A stretch of 64,000 bases of DNA from Leptolyngbyaceae cyanobacterium. GTDB taxonomy: Bacteria > Cyanobacteriota > Cyanobacteriia > Phormidesmidales > Phormidesmidaceae. A program made the translations under genes and the position numbers. This document shows, piece after piece, positions 20,696-33,100 of the stretch (position 1 is its first letter; the number at the start of each line of letters is the position of its first letter). Location of the stretch: assembly GCA_965263355.1 (NCBI GenBank), contig CBDHHL010000025.1, positions 1 through 64,000 on the forward strand, given 5' to 3'. The notes beneath the pieces are model-generated. The model was not told the DNA's origin and made no database searches. It saw only the letters and a list, made by a program, of their open reading frames with translations.

Positions 20696-23600
20696 TTAGT
20701 CTGTCTCAAATGAAGTATCTCCTGGTTCAGCTGGAATTGTAAAGAAAACAGTTGTACCTTGCTCGACAGCAGCTTCGATCCAGACTTGTCCACCATGACG
20801 ATGAATGGCCCGTCGGACTGAGGCAAGACCAATGCCTGTGCCGGGAAATTCGCTAACACTGTGCAAGCGTTGAAACACGCCAAAAAGCTTGTGGCTATAG
20901 GCCATATCAAACCCAGCTCCGTCATCCTTAACAAAATAGATGGGGGCAGAGGATGTTGACGAGTCAGATGGTAAGACGCCAAACTCAATACGGGCGGTGG
21001 GATGATGGCTGGTAAATTTCCAGGCATTTTGTAGCAGGTTCATCATCACCACCTGCATTAGGGCAGTATCGGCAACAACTGTTGCTCCAGATTGGACGAT
21101 AATCTCCACCTGCCGCTCATCAGGCTCGGAGACCTGTAAATCACGTAGTACTTCCTGGGCAATGGAACTTAAATTAACCGTGGTATAGCGTAACTCCGAA
21201 CGAGATAACCGTGAGAGTTGTAGTAAATCATCAATGAGTTGGCTCATGCGATTAGTATTTGCTAGAATCCTGGCAAAATAGTCTTGTCCTGCTTCATTAA
21301 ACAGATGGCCATAATCTTCCAGCAATGCTTGGCTAAAGCCATTGATGGCTCGTAACGGTGCTCGTAGATCATGGGAGATAGAGTAGGCAAAGGATTCTAA
21401 TTCATTATTGGAGGCTTCTAATTGGGCCAGGGTCTGACGCAGTTGAGCGTCTGCTTGTTTGCGATCGCTAATATCAATAACTACGCCATCCCAAATTACG
21501 TCACCATTGTCCAACCGTTCTGGGCGAGAAAAAATTTGTATCCATCGAAGGCCCTTTTGAGGTAAAAGCAAGCGATGTTCACTTGTAAACGGTTGCAGTG
21601 TCTCAGCCGAATCTCGAACCTTGGCACTTACTTGAGGAATATCATCGGGGTGGACTCTTTCCCATAGGGAAATAACATTGTGAAGAGCAACTTCAGGTTC
21701 AACTTCAAAAATCTCTCTCACCTGGGAATCCACATAGGTCAGCCCATCACTGCCATCAGCATGCAGAACATAGCGATGAATCATACCAGGCACATTGTCA
21801 GTTATCCGTTGGAATCGAGCTTGACTATCTTGCAGAGCAATTTCTGCAACTTTGCGATCAGTAATATCAAGTGCCAGACCATCCCAAACAATATCACCAT
21901 TGTCTAGCTGCTCTGGTCGTGCTACAGCTTGTATCCATCGGATTCCCTTTTCAGGTAAGACTAGACGATGTTCAACTTTCAGCGGTTGTAGAGTTTCAGC
22001 AGATTCTTTAGAAATAGCTTCTGTATGAGCCCGATCATCGGGATGAATTCTCTCTTGTAGATAGGATACATCCTGAAGAACTTTCTCAGGTTCAAGTTCA
22101 TAAATTTCCCGAACCTGGGAACTGACATAGCTAAGCCCGTGGGTGCCATCAGGATGTAATACATAGCGATAAATCATCCCTGGGATATTTTCAGTCATAC
22201 GTTGGATTCGAGCCTGACTGTCACGTAAAGCTTGTTCTGAGGACTCAATTACCTTAGCTTTTAAAGCTAGGGATTCCTCAAAAACTTGGGCATTTTTAAG
22301 ACCAATTGCCACTTGGGAAAATAAGAAATTTAGGGTAACTATCCGATCAGAAGAGATTAATCTACAAGTTGTAGAGGAGTGAAGGTATACAATGCCAGTT
22401 AATTCATCTTGAGTGACTAGAGGGGCACAAAGAAAACTTTTAGGATGTTGTTCTAGTAAGTAGTCATCAATAGTTGGAAAATTAGTCTCTAATCTATCAG
22501 AATAAACAAGTTCTCTCGTATTTTTAACGTAATGGATTAGCTTAACGGGAACATCAGGATTATGTTCTAAAGGCTTTGTGCGTATATCAACCGCTTCGGG
22601 CGTGGCAGAATTCCTCACTTCCCAATCACCTTGAGTATTGGGTAGAACTAGAATTAGGCGATCGCACCCCGAGTTTTGTAAAATAACTTGGCTTAAGTTT
22701 TGTAAGAGTTCATCCAGATGGATGGTCTCTGTTAAGGTTTGGGCGGCTTTGAGAACTGAACTAAAGTCAAAGACCTGGTTAATAGTATCGGAGCGGCTGT
22801 TTGAAGTAAGCGAAGAGTAGTTAGAAATCTTAGAAGAAGCAATGCTAGACAGGGTTTCGAGTGGATTTATTGCCATTCCTGACGACTGAAAAAAAGTCTT
22901 TAGAAATTTAGGGTACCGTTGTTCTAAATCCTCCGTTTTTGCTTTAGCTCCCCACTCCGCGTAACAGGTATAGGCATCTTGCAGATACGTCGCGGCAATT
23001 TTCTCTTTACCCCAGTCTAGATAAAATTGGGCGGCCAACTCGTTCGTCAGTGCTTCATCTTGAAGATATCCATTTGCTTTTGCACCTGCTATGGCTTGAT
23101 CGTAGGCTTCTAGTGCAGCTAGTCGATCTCCATCTAATCGATGGCTTTCTGCACAAAGGAGAGCGTACTTGTGCTGATAGTAGTGAGGGTTATGGCTTGC
23201 CCAAAATCGGAGCTTTTCTTTGCCTAAGGTAATGGTCCGCTCCAGCTGTGACACATCAACATTTAGAGATTGGGGGTGTTGACGCAAAAGTATTAGACAA
23301 GTTAATACCCCCCAAAAAAAGACAGGAAATGTATTGATAGTCCCAATACCGCTTTCAACAAGCTTTTGTGCCTGTTGCTGACAGTTTAGTGCCTCACCAT
23401 ACTCTTGAAACAGGTAGCAAAGCATCAATTTATGGATATAAAAGCACAAGAGGCCTAACTGGTCTTGATTCTGCTCAAATTGATCAAAATCACTAATTTC
23501 ATTAAATGCCTTTCCGACCAATTGAACTGGGCTGATAGAGAGACCTAAAAGATTTAGAACTGCCTGATGCAACATTTGGTTATAGCATAGGGCGTTTTTT

Positions 23601-26600
23601 TGGTTAATAGCGATGATAGCCCGATTATAACGCTCAATCTCGCTTTCTAATGATGTAAGTTCCTGCCCAGCTAAGTAAGCATGGGTACAATAGGCGTAAG
23701 CTGCATATCCAGCACAGGCTAGCTCACCCGTTTCTAACCCCATAGTGTAGGCTTTCTGGAGGGGGGCTAATGTATTTTTCACAGGCTCCTTGTAGGGAAT
23801 AATAAAGTTATGGGCCAGCCAAATCGTATTCGCAGTATGGCCTGATGTGTCAAACTGCTCAATAAGTTGAAGCGCTGCTCGACCAAAACTATACCCAGTT
23901 TCGATATCGCCCAAGACACTGCAATTCAACATCCCATAGCGTAAGTAACCCAAGGTAGCTTCAGGCAAGTTCCCGTGAGTTAAAGTAAGCTGCACCATTT
24001 TGAGACTAATGAGTGAATAAAGACTTGGGTGGAGGTTATAAGCAGCTGTGCCAATTTTGACGAGAAGACGGAGTACCGCTCGATTATATAGAGATGTAAT
24101 TCTTGGTAGATTCAAAATCTCTATAGCTGAACGTCCTACCAATAACTGTTTAGTCTCCTGGAAATAATCCTTTAGATTCTTATCATCAATCTGTTCTGGA
24201 AATTCAACACCTAATGAGGCTAAAATTCTCAAACCAAGACTGATTGCCTCTGAAAACTTTCCTTGAATTGTTCTAGCCTCTATTTTGAATTCATAGGCTT
24301 TAGCAACATCTACAATATTTTGCACTTGTTGTTCTATCAGCAGAGTTAATGTTTCCATCTCCTCCCAAAACCCTTGGAGATAGGCGACTTCGACAGACGT
24401 GTTATAGATATCCAGGGTGAGATCATAGTGATTTTGCCAACGCTGAGTTGACAACAACTCACGACAGACTTGCAAACAATTACTGGCTGCAGCATAGGCA
24501 GTATTAGCAATGGCTTGCTTTGCCGCTTTGAGATTTAGCTGGATCAGAGTTTGTCGTTCAGTATTGTCAGTGATAAGCTGACGGCCCAGATTCAATTGGC
24601 CGATAATGTCAAAAAGGTGGTCAGCTTGAAGTTCTGAGGGAACATCCTGAAACCAATGTCTACCAATGGCAAGGTGAACTTGTTGAATTTGATTTTCGGG
24701 GATGAGCCTATAAGCTGCTTGCTGCACCCGATCATGCAAAAAATGATAGCGAATAGTGAGACTTGCTAAATCTGTTGCTTTTAGATATGGTTCCAAAAAT
24801 TTCTGAAAACTCCTACCAACAGAGATTTCTGAAATCTGCTCAATGTGGGTTTGAGAATTCCACTGAAAGAATTTATACGTATTACCTTCTGGAATCACTA
24901 ATCCATCTTGAAGGGCTGACCAGAGAGTAGTGGAAACTTGTTCTTGATTCATACCACACACCATTGCAAGGGTGGCTAAATCAAACTGATTCCCAATACA
25001 GGCAGCTGTTTGTAAGATACCCTGAGTGGTCATTGGCAACGTCTGTAAACGTTCTATCATGTAGTCCACCACATCCTCCGTCAGGGCTAATTGTTGCACC
25101 TGAGCTAAATTACACTGCCAATGCCCTTGGTCTGAATTAAAGAGAATATAACCATTGCTGTCTAATCCTATTAAAAACTGAATGGTAAAAAATGGATTGC
25201 CCTGAGCCTTTTGATATACTAACTGCGCCAGCGGCTCTGCAATATCCAAGGAACATATCAGCGTATCAGCAACTAACTGGTTAATATCAGCTTGTGTTAG
25301 TGGGTTTAATGTCAACCTATTAACCGGTGCATCCTGTTGAATCATCTCATCCAGGGTTAGCGTCAATGGATGAGATGATAAGATTTCATTATCTCGATAA
25401 GCTCCAATCACCAGGAAGTAGCGACTTGCTACGTTTTTTTTGGTAATTAGCAATTTGAGTAGGTTTAGGGATGCCGGGTCAACCCATTGCAAGTCATCCA
25501 GAAAAATGACCAGGGGATGCTCTGGGGCTGTAAACACTTGCACAAATTGGCTGAATACTAAATCAAAGCGATGTTGGGCAGCCGTTCCCGATAGTTCAGG
25601 AGCAAGAGGTTGCTCTCCAATAATGTGCTTTAATTCTGGGATAACATCTAAAACAACCTGGCTGTTCCTACCCACAGCCTTCAGAATCTTGGCTTTCCAG
25701 AGGGTCAGCACCTGAGCCGATTCCCCTAGCAACTGTCCGACTAAACTCCGAAAGGCCTGCACAAAAGCTGAAAAGGGGATATTGCGGTTAAATTGATCAA
25801 ATTTCCCCTGAATAAAGTAGCCGTGTCGTTGGGTAATGGGTTTGTGGATTTCATTTACAACGGCTGTTTTACCAATACCTGAAAAGCCTGAAACGAGCAT
25901 TAGTTCTGAACTACCCTGAGCAACCCGGTCAAAGGCATCTAGCAATAGCTGAACTTCTGTTTCCCGTCCATAGAGTTTTTCTGAGATAAAGAAGCGAAGT
26001 TCAAATGTAGGGATGCTTGCTGTTGTTTCCCATTGTTGTTGACAATATTCTAAATCATGTTTAAGGCCCTGGGCACTTTGATAGCCATCTTCGGCATTCT
26101 TCGCCATCAGTTTGACGATAATGGCTTGTATCATTTTTGGAACAGTGTGACAACTTTCTGCCGGAAATACAACGGGATTGGCAAGATGACAATGTACCAA
26201 TTCCATTGGATCTGTGGTCGGGAAGGGCAGTTCCCCGACCAGTAACTCGTACAGAGTTACCCCCAGGGAATAATAGTCTGTTCGATAATCAATTCCCCGG
26301 TTCATCCGTCCAGTTTGTTCAGGAGACATATAGGCCAATGTACCTTCCAGGACATTGGGATTTACCAATTGTGCTTGTTCTTTAGGCAACAAACTGGCAA
26401 TACCAAAGTTGGTTAGCTTAACTTGCTTAGTTTCAGGATGAATGAGAATATTGGCAGGTTTGACGTCCTTATGGATGACTCGTTGTTGACTGAGATAGTG
26501 AAGGGCATCTGTAAGCTGGAGGGCAATTGCTAATACCTCAGACAGTGTATGTTCCTGGGTCTGCTGCCAATAGTCTGTCAGGGAAATCAAATTCTCATCT

Positions 26601-26917
26601 GGAAAGATAAGGGCATAACCGCCGTTATATCGCTCTAGGGCAAGGGGCTGGGCTATGGCTGAATGGTTGAATTGATGTGCGATCGCATAATGATTACGAA
26701 ACTGAACCAATTCAGTAATGCTGGGCTGAGGCGAGCGTAACACCTTAATCACTACCGGATAGTCAGCCGTACCAGGTTCTGAAACGTTGGTTTCTATCAA
26801 GCGGGTTTCTCCTATAGCCATTGCTCGATAACCAACCGTACGACTGCCTATATAGAGTTGTTCAGTGAGGATATAACCTGGTATTGACGGCAGACGGTGA
26901 CTAAGAGAATCTGACAT
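20696..26917 (-). CDS. Ser/Thr kinase - AAA ATPase - GAF - 2 PAS - histidine kinase (HstK-like)
   Basis: HKDVKPAN, YMSPEQTGR, Walker A GFSGIGKT, Walker B IFLDD, FLHDRVQQAAY, SISHDLRAPL. Confidence 0.95.
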   Translation of the reverse strand: MSDSLSHRLPSIPGYILTEQLYIGSRTVGYRAMAIGETRLIETNVSEPGTADYPVVIKVLRSPQPSITELVQFRNHYAIAHQFNHSAIAQPLALERYNGGYALIFPDENLISLTDYWQQTQEHTLSEVLAIALQLTDALHYLSQQRVIHKDVKPANILIHPETKQVKLTNFGIASLLPKEQAQLVNPNVLEGTLAYMSPEQTGRMNRGIDYRTDYYSLGVTLYELLVGELPFPTTDPMELVHCHLANPVVFPAESCHTVPKMIQAIIVKLMAKNAEDGYQSAQGLKHDLEYCQQQWETTASIPTFELRFFISEKLYGRETEVQLLLDAFDRVAQGSSELMLVSGFSGIGKTAVVNEIHKPITQRHGYFIQGKFDQFNRNIPFSAFVQAFRSLVGQLLGESAQVLTLWKAKILKAVGRNSQVVLDVIPELKHIIGEQPLAPELSGTAAQHRFDLVFSQFVQVFTAPEHPLVIFLDDLQWVDPASLNLLKLLITKKNVASRYFLVIGAYRDNEILSSHPLTLTLDEMIQQDAPVNRLTLNPLTQADINQLVADTLICSLDIAEPLAQLVYQKAQGNPFFTIQFLIGLDSNGYILFNSDQGHWQCNLAQVQQLALTEDVVDYMIERLQTLPMTTQGILQTAACIGNQFDLATLAMVCGMNQEQVSTTLWSALQDGLVIPEGNTYKFFQWNSQTHIEQISEISVGRSFQKFLEPYLKATDLASLTIRYHFLHDRVQQAAYRLIPENQIQQVHLAIGRHWFQDVPSELQADHLFDIIGQLNLGRQLITDNTERQTLIQLNLKAAKQAIANTAYAAASNCLQVCRELLSTQRWQNHYDLTLDIYNTSVEVAYLQGFWEEMETLTLLIEQQVQNIVDVAKAYEFKIEARTIQGKFSEAISLGLRILASLGVEFPEQIDDKNLKDYFQETKQLLVGRSAIEILNLPRITSLYNRAVLRLLVKIGTAAYNLHPSLYSLISLKMVQLTLTHGNLPEATLGYLRYGMLNCSVLGDIETGYSFGRAALQLIEQFDTSGHTANTIWLAHNFIIPYKEPVKNTLAPLQKAYTMGLETGELACAGYAAYAYCTHAYLAGQELTSLESEIERYNRAIIAINQKNALCYNQMLHQAVLNLLGLSISPVQLVGKAFNEISDFDQFEQNQDQLGLLCFYIHKLMLCYLFQEYGEALNCQQQAQKLVESGIGTINTFPVFFWGVLTCLILLRQHPQSLNVDVSQLERTITLGKEKLRFWASHNPHYYQHKYALLCAESHRLDGDRLAALEAYDQAIAGAKANGYLQDEALTNELAAQFYLDWGKEKIAATYLQDAYTCYAEWGAKAKTEDLEQRYPKFLKTFFQSSGMAINPLETLSSIASSKISNYSSLTSNSRSDTINQVFDFSSVLKAAQTLTETIHLDELLQNLSQVILQNSGCDRLILVLPNTQGDWEVRNSATPEAVDIRTKPLEHNPDVPVKLIHYVKNTRELVYSDRLETNFPTIDDYLLEQHPKSFLCAPLVTQDELTGIVYLHSSTTCRLISSDRIVTLNFLFSQVAIGLKNAQVFEESLALKAKVIESSEQALRDSQARIQRMTENIPGMIYRYVLHPDGTHGLSYVSSQVREIYELEPEKVLQDVSYLQERIHPDDRAHTEAISKESAETLQPLKVEHRLVLPEKGIRWIQAVARPEQLDNGDIVWDGLALDITDRKVAEIALQDSQARFQRITDNVPGMIHRYVLHADGSDGLTYVDSQVREIFEVEPEVALHNVISLWERVHPDDIPQVSAKVRDSAETLQPFTSEHRLLLPQKGLRWIQIFSRPERLDNGDVIWDGVVIDISDRKQADAQLRQTLAQLEASNNELESFAYSISHDLRAPLRAINGFSQALLEDYGHLFNEAGQDYFARILANTNRMSQLIDDLLQLSRLSRSELRYTTVNLSSIAQEVLRDLQVSEPDERQVEIIVQSGATVVADTALMQVVMMNLLQNAWKFTSHHPTARIEFGVLPSDSSTSSAPIYFVKDDGAGFDMAYSHKLFGVFQRLHSVSEFPGTGIGLASVRRAIHRHGGQVWIEAAVEQGTTVFFTIPAEPGDTSFETD
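20739..21475. repeat. Direct repeat copy 1 (~737 bp) encoding the HisKA-HATPase module
   Basis: Matches 27175..27911 at offset 6436; 20748..21361 appears identical by eye. Confidence 0.95.
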
Positions 26918-27155
26918 AACAGTAAACCACTTAGAAGATGTTCAGAAGACTACTCTAGAAATATCAACGGAGTTCATAATTTGGGAATATGGGATATTAT
27001 ACGAAATTCTGACTGATAGCGCCCGGTATCGAAGAGCATCCACAAGCGAGTGCCCCTACAGGATTGTTCATTTATAATCGAGTTTAATGAATTCAGATTT
27101 GGTATTACATGCTCTGCAATTAAGGGCTGGCAAATTCTGCCTGACAAAGGACAAC

Positions 27156-30100
27156 TTAGGGTAGCATGGGGATCGTAAAGAAGACAGTTGTACCTTGCTC
27201 GACAGCAGCTTCGATCCAGACTTGTCCACCATGACGATGAATGGCCCGTCGGACTGAGGCAAGACCAATGCCTGTGCCGGGAAATTCGCTAACACTGTGC
27301 AAGCGTTGAAACACGCCAAAAAGCTTGTGGCTATAGGCCATATCAAACCCAGCTCCGTCATCCTTAACAAAATAGATGGGGGCAGAGGATGTTGACGAGT
27401 CAGATGGTAAGACGCCAAACTCAATACGGGCGGTGGGATGATGGCTGGTAAATTTCCAGGCATTTTGTAGCAGGTTCATCATCACCACCTGCATTAGGGC
27501 AGTATCGGCAACAACTGTTGCTCCAGATTGGACGATAATCTCCACCTGCCGCTCATCAGGCTCGGAGACCTGTAAATCACGTAGTACTTCCTGGGCAATG
27601 GAACTTAAATTAACCGTGGTATAGCGTAACTCCGAACGAGATAACCGTGAGAGTTGTAGTAAATCATCAATGAGTTGGCTCATGCGATTAGTATTTGCTA
27701 GAATCCTGGCAAAATAGTCTTGTCCTGCTTCATTAAACAGATGGCCATAATCTTCCAGCAATGCTTGGCTAAAGCCATTGATGGCTCGTAACGGTGCCCG
27801 TAGATCATGGGAGATAGAGTAGGCAAAAGATTCTAATTCATTATTGGAGGCTTCTAATTGGGTCAGGGTCTGACGCAGTTGGGTGTCAGCTTGCTTGCGA
27901 TCGCTAATATCCTGAATAACGGCCAAACAACGAGGGGAGTCTTCTGCTGGGTTTTGGATAAGGGTAACCGCTGTGGTTGCCCAAAAACTAGATCCATCCT
28001 TGCGAAGATAGCGTTTTTCAATGGTGAAACTATCTATTTTCCCTGTATATAATTCCTTGACTTTATGTTGAGAGTCAGATAGATCTTCAGGATGGGTTAA
28101 ATCAGTAGCTGTTAGAGACTCAAGCTCTTGGGTTGTATAACCGGTCATTTGGCAAAAATAATTGTTGGTGCGGGTGATTTTGCCATCGGTCATATTGCTT
28201 TCAGCAATACCTACGGCAGCTTGCTCAAAGGCTGCATTAGCACGAGCTTCACTCAGTTGTAGGGCACCTGCAGTACGTTGACGCTCTGCTTCAAGCTGTT
28301 TTTTCTCGCTAATATCCTGGATCAGAGCCACGCTATAAATAGCCTCACCGCCATGGGGTTGGATCATGTAGCATGTGGTTTCAGCCCAAAATGTGGAACC
28401 ATCTTTACGGATATAGCGTTTCTCAAGGTTAAAGTTATCAATTTCACCCTTGTGAAGTTGTCTCATTGCTTCTACAGAAGCGGGTATATCCTCTGGGTGA
28501 GTAATCTCTTTAACCGCCATCTCCGCAAGTTCAGCACCAGTGTAACCTAACATGTCACAAAAACAGTTATTGACTCGAACACATTTTTTTGTTTTTATGT
28601 CCACTTCAACAAAGCCTACAGCCGCCTGGGTAAAGGTAGCTTGGGCACGGGCTTTACTCAGTTTCAAGGCAGCCTCAGTACGCTTAATAGTGCGAATATC
28701 CCGCATAATGGTGGAGAAATTCTCCATTTCACCGGAGGTAGATTTATGCGCAATAATCACTTGCGAGACTGGAATTTCAGTCCCTTCTCTATCCAACAAT
28801 GCTAATTCTCCCGACCAGCTGCCCTGCTGAATTGCAGTGGGTAATGCTTCGTCACGAATAATTTTGTTGACCCAATCTGGATAACAATTTTCAATTAAGC
28901 GATGGTCCTCAGGGTTGCCTAAATCTTGACGTATTTCTCGAAGAGGTTTATTCTGCCATAGAATTTCGCCTTGGGCATTAGCAATACCAATAAAGTCAGG
29001 TGTGGCTTCTAGAACAGCAATAAGTTGGAATTGCTCCTGTTCTAGCTGTTTGCGATCGCTAATATCTCTGGCCATACAGTGGAATATTATTTCTTCCTGA
29101 TATCTGATGGGGGTTAGGGTAATTTCTGCCCAAAAAAGTGCTTTATCGGCACGCTGATGGACCCACTCAAATCGCAAACTACACCGTTGTAACGCTTCCT
29201 GAGTTAGGCATTGAGCCTTAACAGCAGAAAGTTGACCATCTGGTTGTCTTTCCGGTGAGATTTGGTGAGGCTGGAGTGCTAATAATTCGGTTTTGCTGGG
29301 GTATTGGAGGAGGTCAACAGCGGCCTGGTTACAATCGATAAATCCTTGTTCGCTCATCAAGAAAACGGCATCGGCGGCCTGATTAAACAGGGTTTGGAGA
29401 CGTTCTTCTGAGGCTGTTAGTTGGGCGGTGCGATCGCGAACGCGTCTCTCCAATTCACAATTAAGTTGCTCCATGGCTTGCTTAGCGCGTTGACGTTCCA
29501 GTTCCGCAGAAGCTCGGGCCGCAAACACTTGCAGGATTTGCGTTGCGTGTTCAGGGTCAGCGATAGGCTGACGTAAAAAAATACAGAGAGTTCCAATTGC
29601 CTGTCCTACTTGATTCTTCAGCGCCACCCCCATGTAACTTTCCACTCCCATAGGAGCAAGTCTAGGATTCTCAGGAAAACGGGTTATGACATCACGCTCA
29701 CAGTAGTAAGTCCCTTGCTCAAGCGCAAGCAAGCACGTCGTACCTTCTGCATTAACAGTGTCATTCGGCAAATGGTGACCATCCGCCCAGGCTGCCAAAA
29801 AATGGAGGCGAGAGCCATCCTCTACAACTTCAGTCACAAAGGCATGGGAAGCACCTAGCGCTGTGGCAATGTGTTGAACCAGTGCAGGGAAGAAGGCTGG
29901 CCCCGTTAAAGCCGCTGTGCCTTCAATCAGATTTTGCAGGGCATTTTCCGTTCTTTGACGTTCCAGCTCAGTTGCTGCTCGGGCTGCAAATACTCGCATG
30001 ATTTGTTCCGCCCGGATCGGATCGGGCAAAACCTTTCGATGGAAAATAGAAAGCAGGCCAATTACATTGCCCTGCCGATCATTTAGAGCAATCCCCAAAT

Positions 30101-33100
30101 AGCTCCGTGATTTCATTTTATTGAGTTCTGCACAGGTGGTTTGGCCCGGTTCCAAGTTGCAGTAGTAGACTCCCCGCTCATACACTTCTTCGCAGGGAGT
30201 ATTGAGAAACGAAAATGATTGCACAGGCAGCAATTGACCATCCCCAAAATAAGCAAGGACGATTTCTTCATTGCCGACCCGCTCTGCCATCAGGGCATGG
30301 GATACTCCCAGCGCTTCGGTAAGATAGCGGACTAGGACAGGGAAGAAGTTGGACCGTGTCGTAATCGCTGTACCTGCAATGAGGTTTTCTAACGCTTTCT
30401 CCGTGCGCTGACGCTCTAGCTCAGTGGCAGCCCGACTGCCAAAAACATTCAGAATCTGTCGGGCTCGTTCGAGTTCTTGCAACGGTTGCCGATCAAAAAT
30501 ACACAAGCTGCCCAATACCTGACCCTGGCGATTTCGTAAAGCGACCCCCAGATAACTATCCACACCCCTTGCTCGATGAGGGTGATTTGGAAAGTGTTTA
30601 GAGAGATCACTAGGACAGTGGTAGCTATAGTCAACTAACAGATCTCGACACGGAGTATCTGGTAGGTTGTAAGTGAAGTTGGGCTGTAATTTGCCATCAA
30701 CGATAAAGGCTAAACTTTGCAGTTCTTGATCCACAAATTGGGTCACCAAGGCAATGGGAACGTCAAGGGCAGCACTAATATGATGGACAAGGGCTGAGAA
30801 GAAGTCCTCACCAGTAGTGGCAGCTGTTCCTGCAACTAGGGTTTGAAGAGCAAGTTCACTTTTTTGTAGTGCTTGAGTCCGTTCTTCAACTTGTTGTTCT
30901 AGTTCGTGATTGTAGTCAGTCAGTAATTGTTCAGCTTGTTTTCGATCAGTAATGTCTGCTGCGATCCCAACGGTGCCGGCTAGTCGTCCTTGAGCATCCC
31001 GGAATGGCGTTTTCGTAGTCTCTAACCATCTCCAACTACCATCTCCTCGTCGCACTCTTTCTTCAACAACTTTACGTTGCCCAGAAGTTAGAACATGGAA
31101 GTCATCGTCTTGATAACCACAAGCAATCTCTATTGGTGAAAAGTCATAGTCTGTCTTGCCAAGCATATCGGCTGGGTTACAGTTTAGTAACTGCGCCAAT
31201 GCTTTATTCACAGCAATAAATCGACCTTCTGAATCTTTGACCCAGGCAATGTGAGGAATATTATTCAGTAGTGCTTCTAGGTGATTTTGTTTTAAGACAA
31301 GTGCTTGTTCAGTAGCTTTGCGATCGCTAACATCCATGAGCACTCCATCCCAGATAATTGCCCCATCTAACTGCTGGCTAGGGCGAGAAATCGCCTGTAT
31401 CCATTTCAGTTCACCTGAATGTGTAACGATACGAAATGTTTGGTCAAACGGTTGTAACAGTTGGGCGCTTTCGGCTACGCTTTGTTCAATGGTAGGGCGA
31501 TCTTCCTGATGCACAAAATCGCGAAAGCGATATTGGCCAGCCATGATCGCTTCAGCAGTCACCCCATACAACGTATCGCAATCGGGGCTAACATAAAGGA
31601 CTGAGGTTACTCCATCAGGGGCAATACGGAGTTGATAAATGATCCCCGGAATATTGGCGGCCATATTTCGAAAGCGGGTTTCATGCACCTGAAGTTGACT
31701 TAAGGAATGTTCTAACTGTTGAGCGTTGGTTTGAGATTGCTCGTAAAGCTGAGCATGTTCCAGGGAAATAGCAGCTTGGGTGGAAAGGAGGTTGAGTATG
31801 GTGATGCGATCGCGGCTAAAAACCCCTGCAATCGACTGATTCTGCAGATACAGCAGACCGGTTAGATTACCTTGATGCAGAAGCGGTAAACAAAGAACAC
31901 TTTTGGGTTGCTGCTGTTGAAGATAGGCGTCAATAATCGGTAGCTCGGTATCCAGATTATCAATGACGACAATGTCTTGGGTATTTTTAACATACTGAAT
32001 TAGCTGAATAGGCAGGTTTGAATACTCAGTGAGTGGTTCTGCCAAAAGTTTTGTTGTTTCTGGAGTGGCCTTAGCACGCACTTGCCAGGAGCCATCATCC
32101 CCTGGGAAAACAATCGCTAACCGATCGGCTCCAGAATTTTGCAACATTAGCTTAACGAGCTGAGCCAATAACTCATCCAGTTGAATCTTCTCGGAGAGAA
32201 GCTGGGCAGATTTCAAGACAGTCGAAAAGTCCAGATGAGTATTGCTGCTTATATCAGAGAAGAGCGATGACGATAAAGCGTGACCAGGAAGATTGGGGTT
32301 AGCAACACTGGCCAAAGCCTCTAGAGGATCTGACCCTCGTCGTTGGTCAAGTATCGGTTGTAGTAACTGGGAATATCGTTGTTCGAGATCGTCGGTTTTG
32401 GCCTTAGCGCCCCAACGATCATAACAACAGTATGCGTCTTGCATATAAACGGCGGCAATTTTCTGCTTACCCCAATCCAGGTAAAACTTAGCCGTCAGTT
32501 CATTGGCAAGGGCTTCCTCCAGACAATATTGATTTTCTTTAGCACTTGAGATCGCTTGATCATACTGATCAATAGCCTCAGCCCGTTGTCCCATTAGGTG
32601 ACTTTTTTCAGCAGCAATTAAATCGACTTTATGCTGATAATTCATCGGGGCATGGTTTGCCCAATCATGCTGCAACTGCTTTTGGTTTTCGTTCACCTGT
32701 TGCAACAGGTCACGATAGTCTTGTGAGTCCGGTTCTAGGGTTACCAGCTCCTTTAAAGCAGAGAGCGCATCATAGTAATAGAAAATAGGCATACCCACTG
32801 TACCCCCACCCACAATCAAATAGTTTCTTGCATCAACTGCATGGGTGCGAGCCGAGGAATTATCCCCAAATAAATAACACAGGATTATTTTATATAGGTG
32901 GAAATAAAATAATCCCAAAAAATCTTGATTAGCCGTGATCCCAGCAAAAAAGTCTTCTTCTTGAAATAGTTCCCCTGAAAGAGTGGCAGGATTTTTGGAC
33001 TGCCCCATCAAATTCAGAGCAGACTGCCAATAAATCTGACACCAATTTGCTGATGTTATCTGATTTAACTGAGTGACTCCGTTGCAGTAGGTTTGAATCT

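Noticed and set aside
20680..27463. Two near-identical short ORFs (20680..21027 and 27068..27463) that look like a duplicated small gene
   Set aside because: Alternative-frame shadows of the duplicated HATPase coding sequence.
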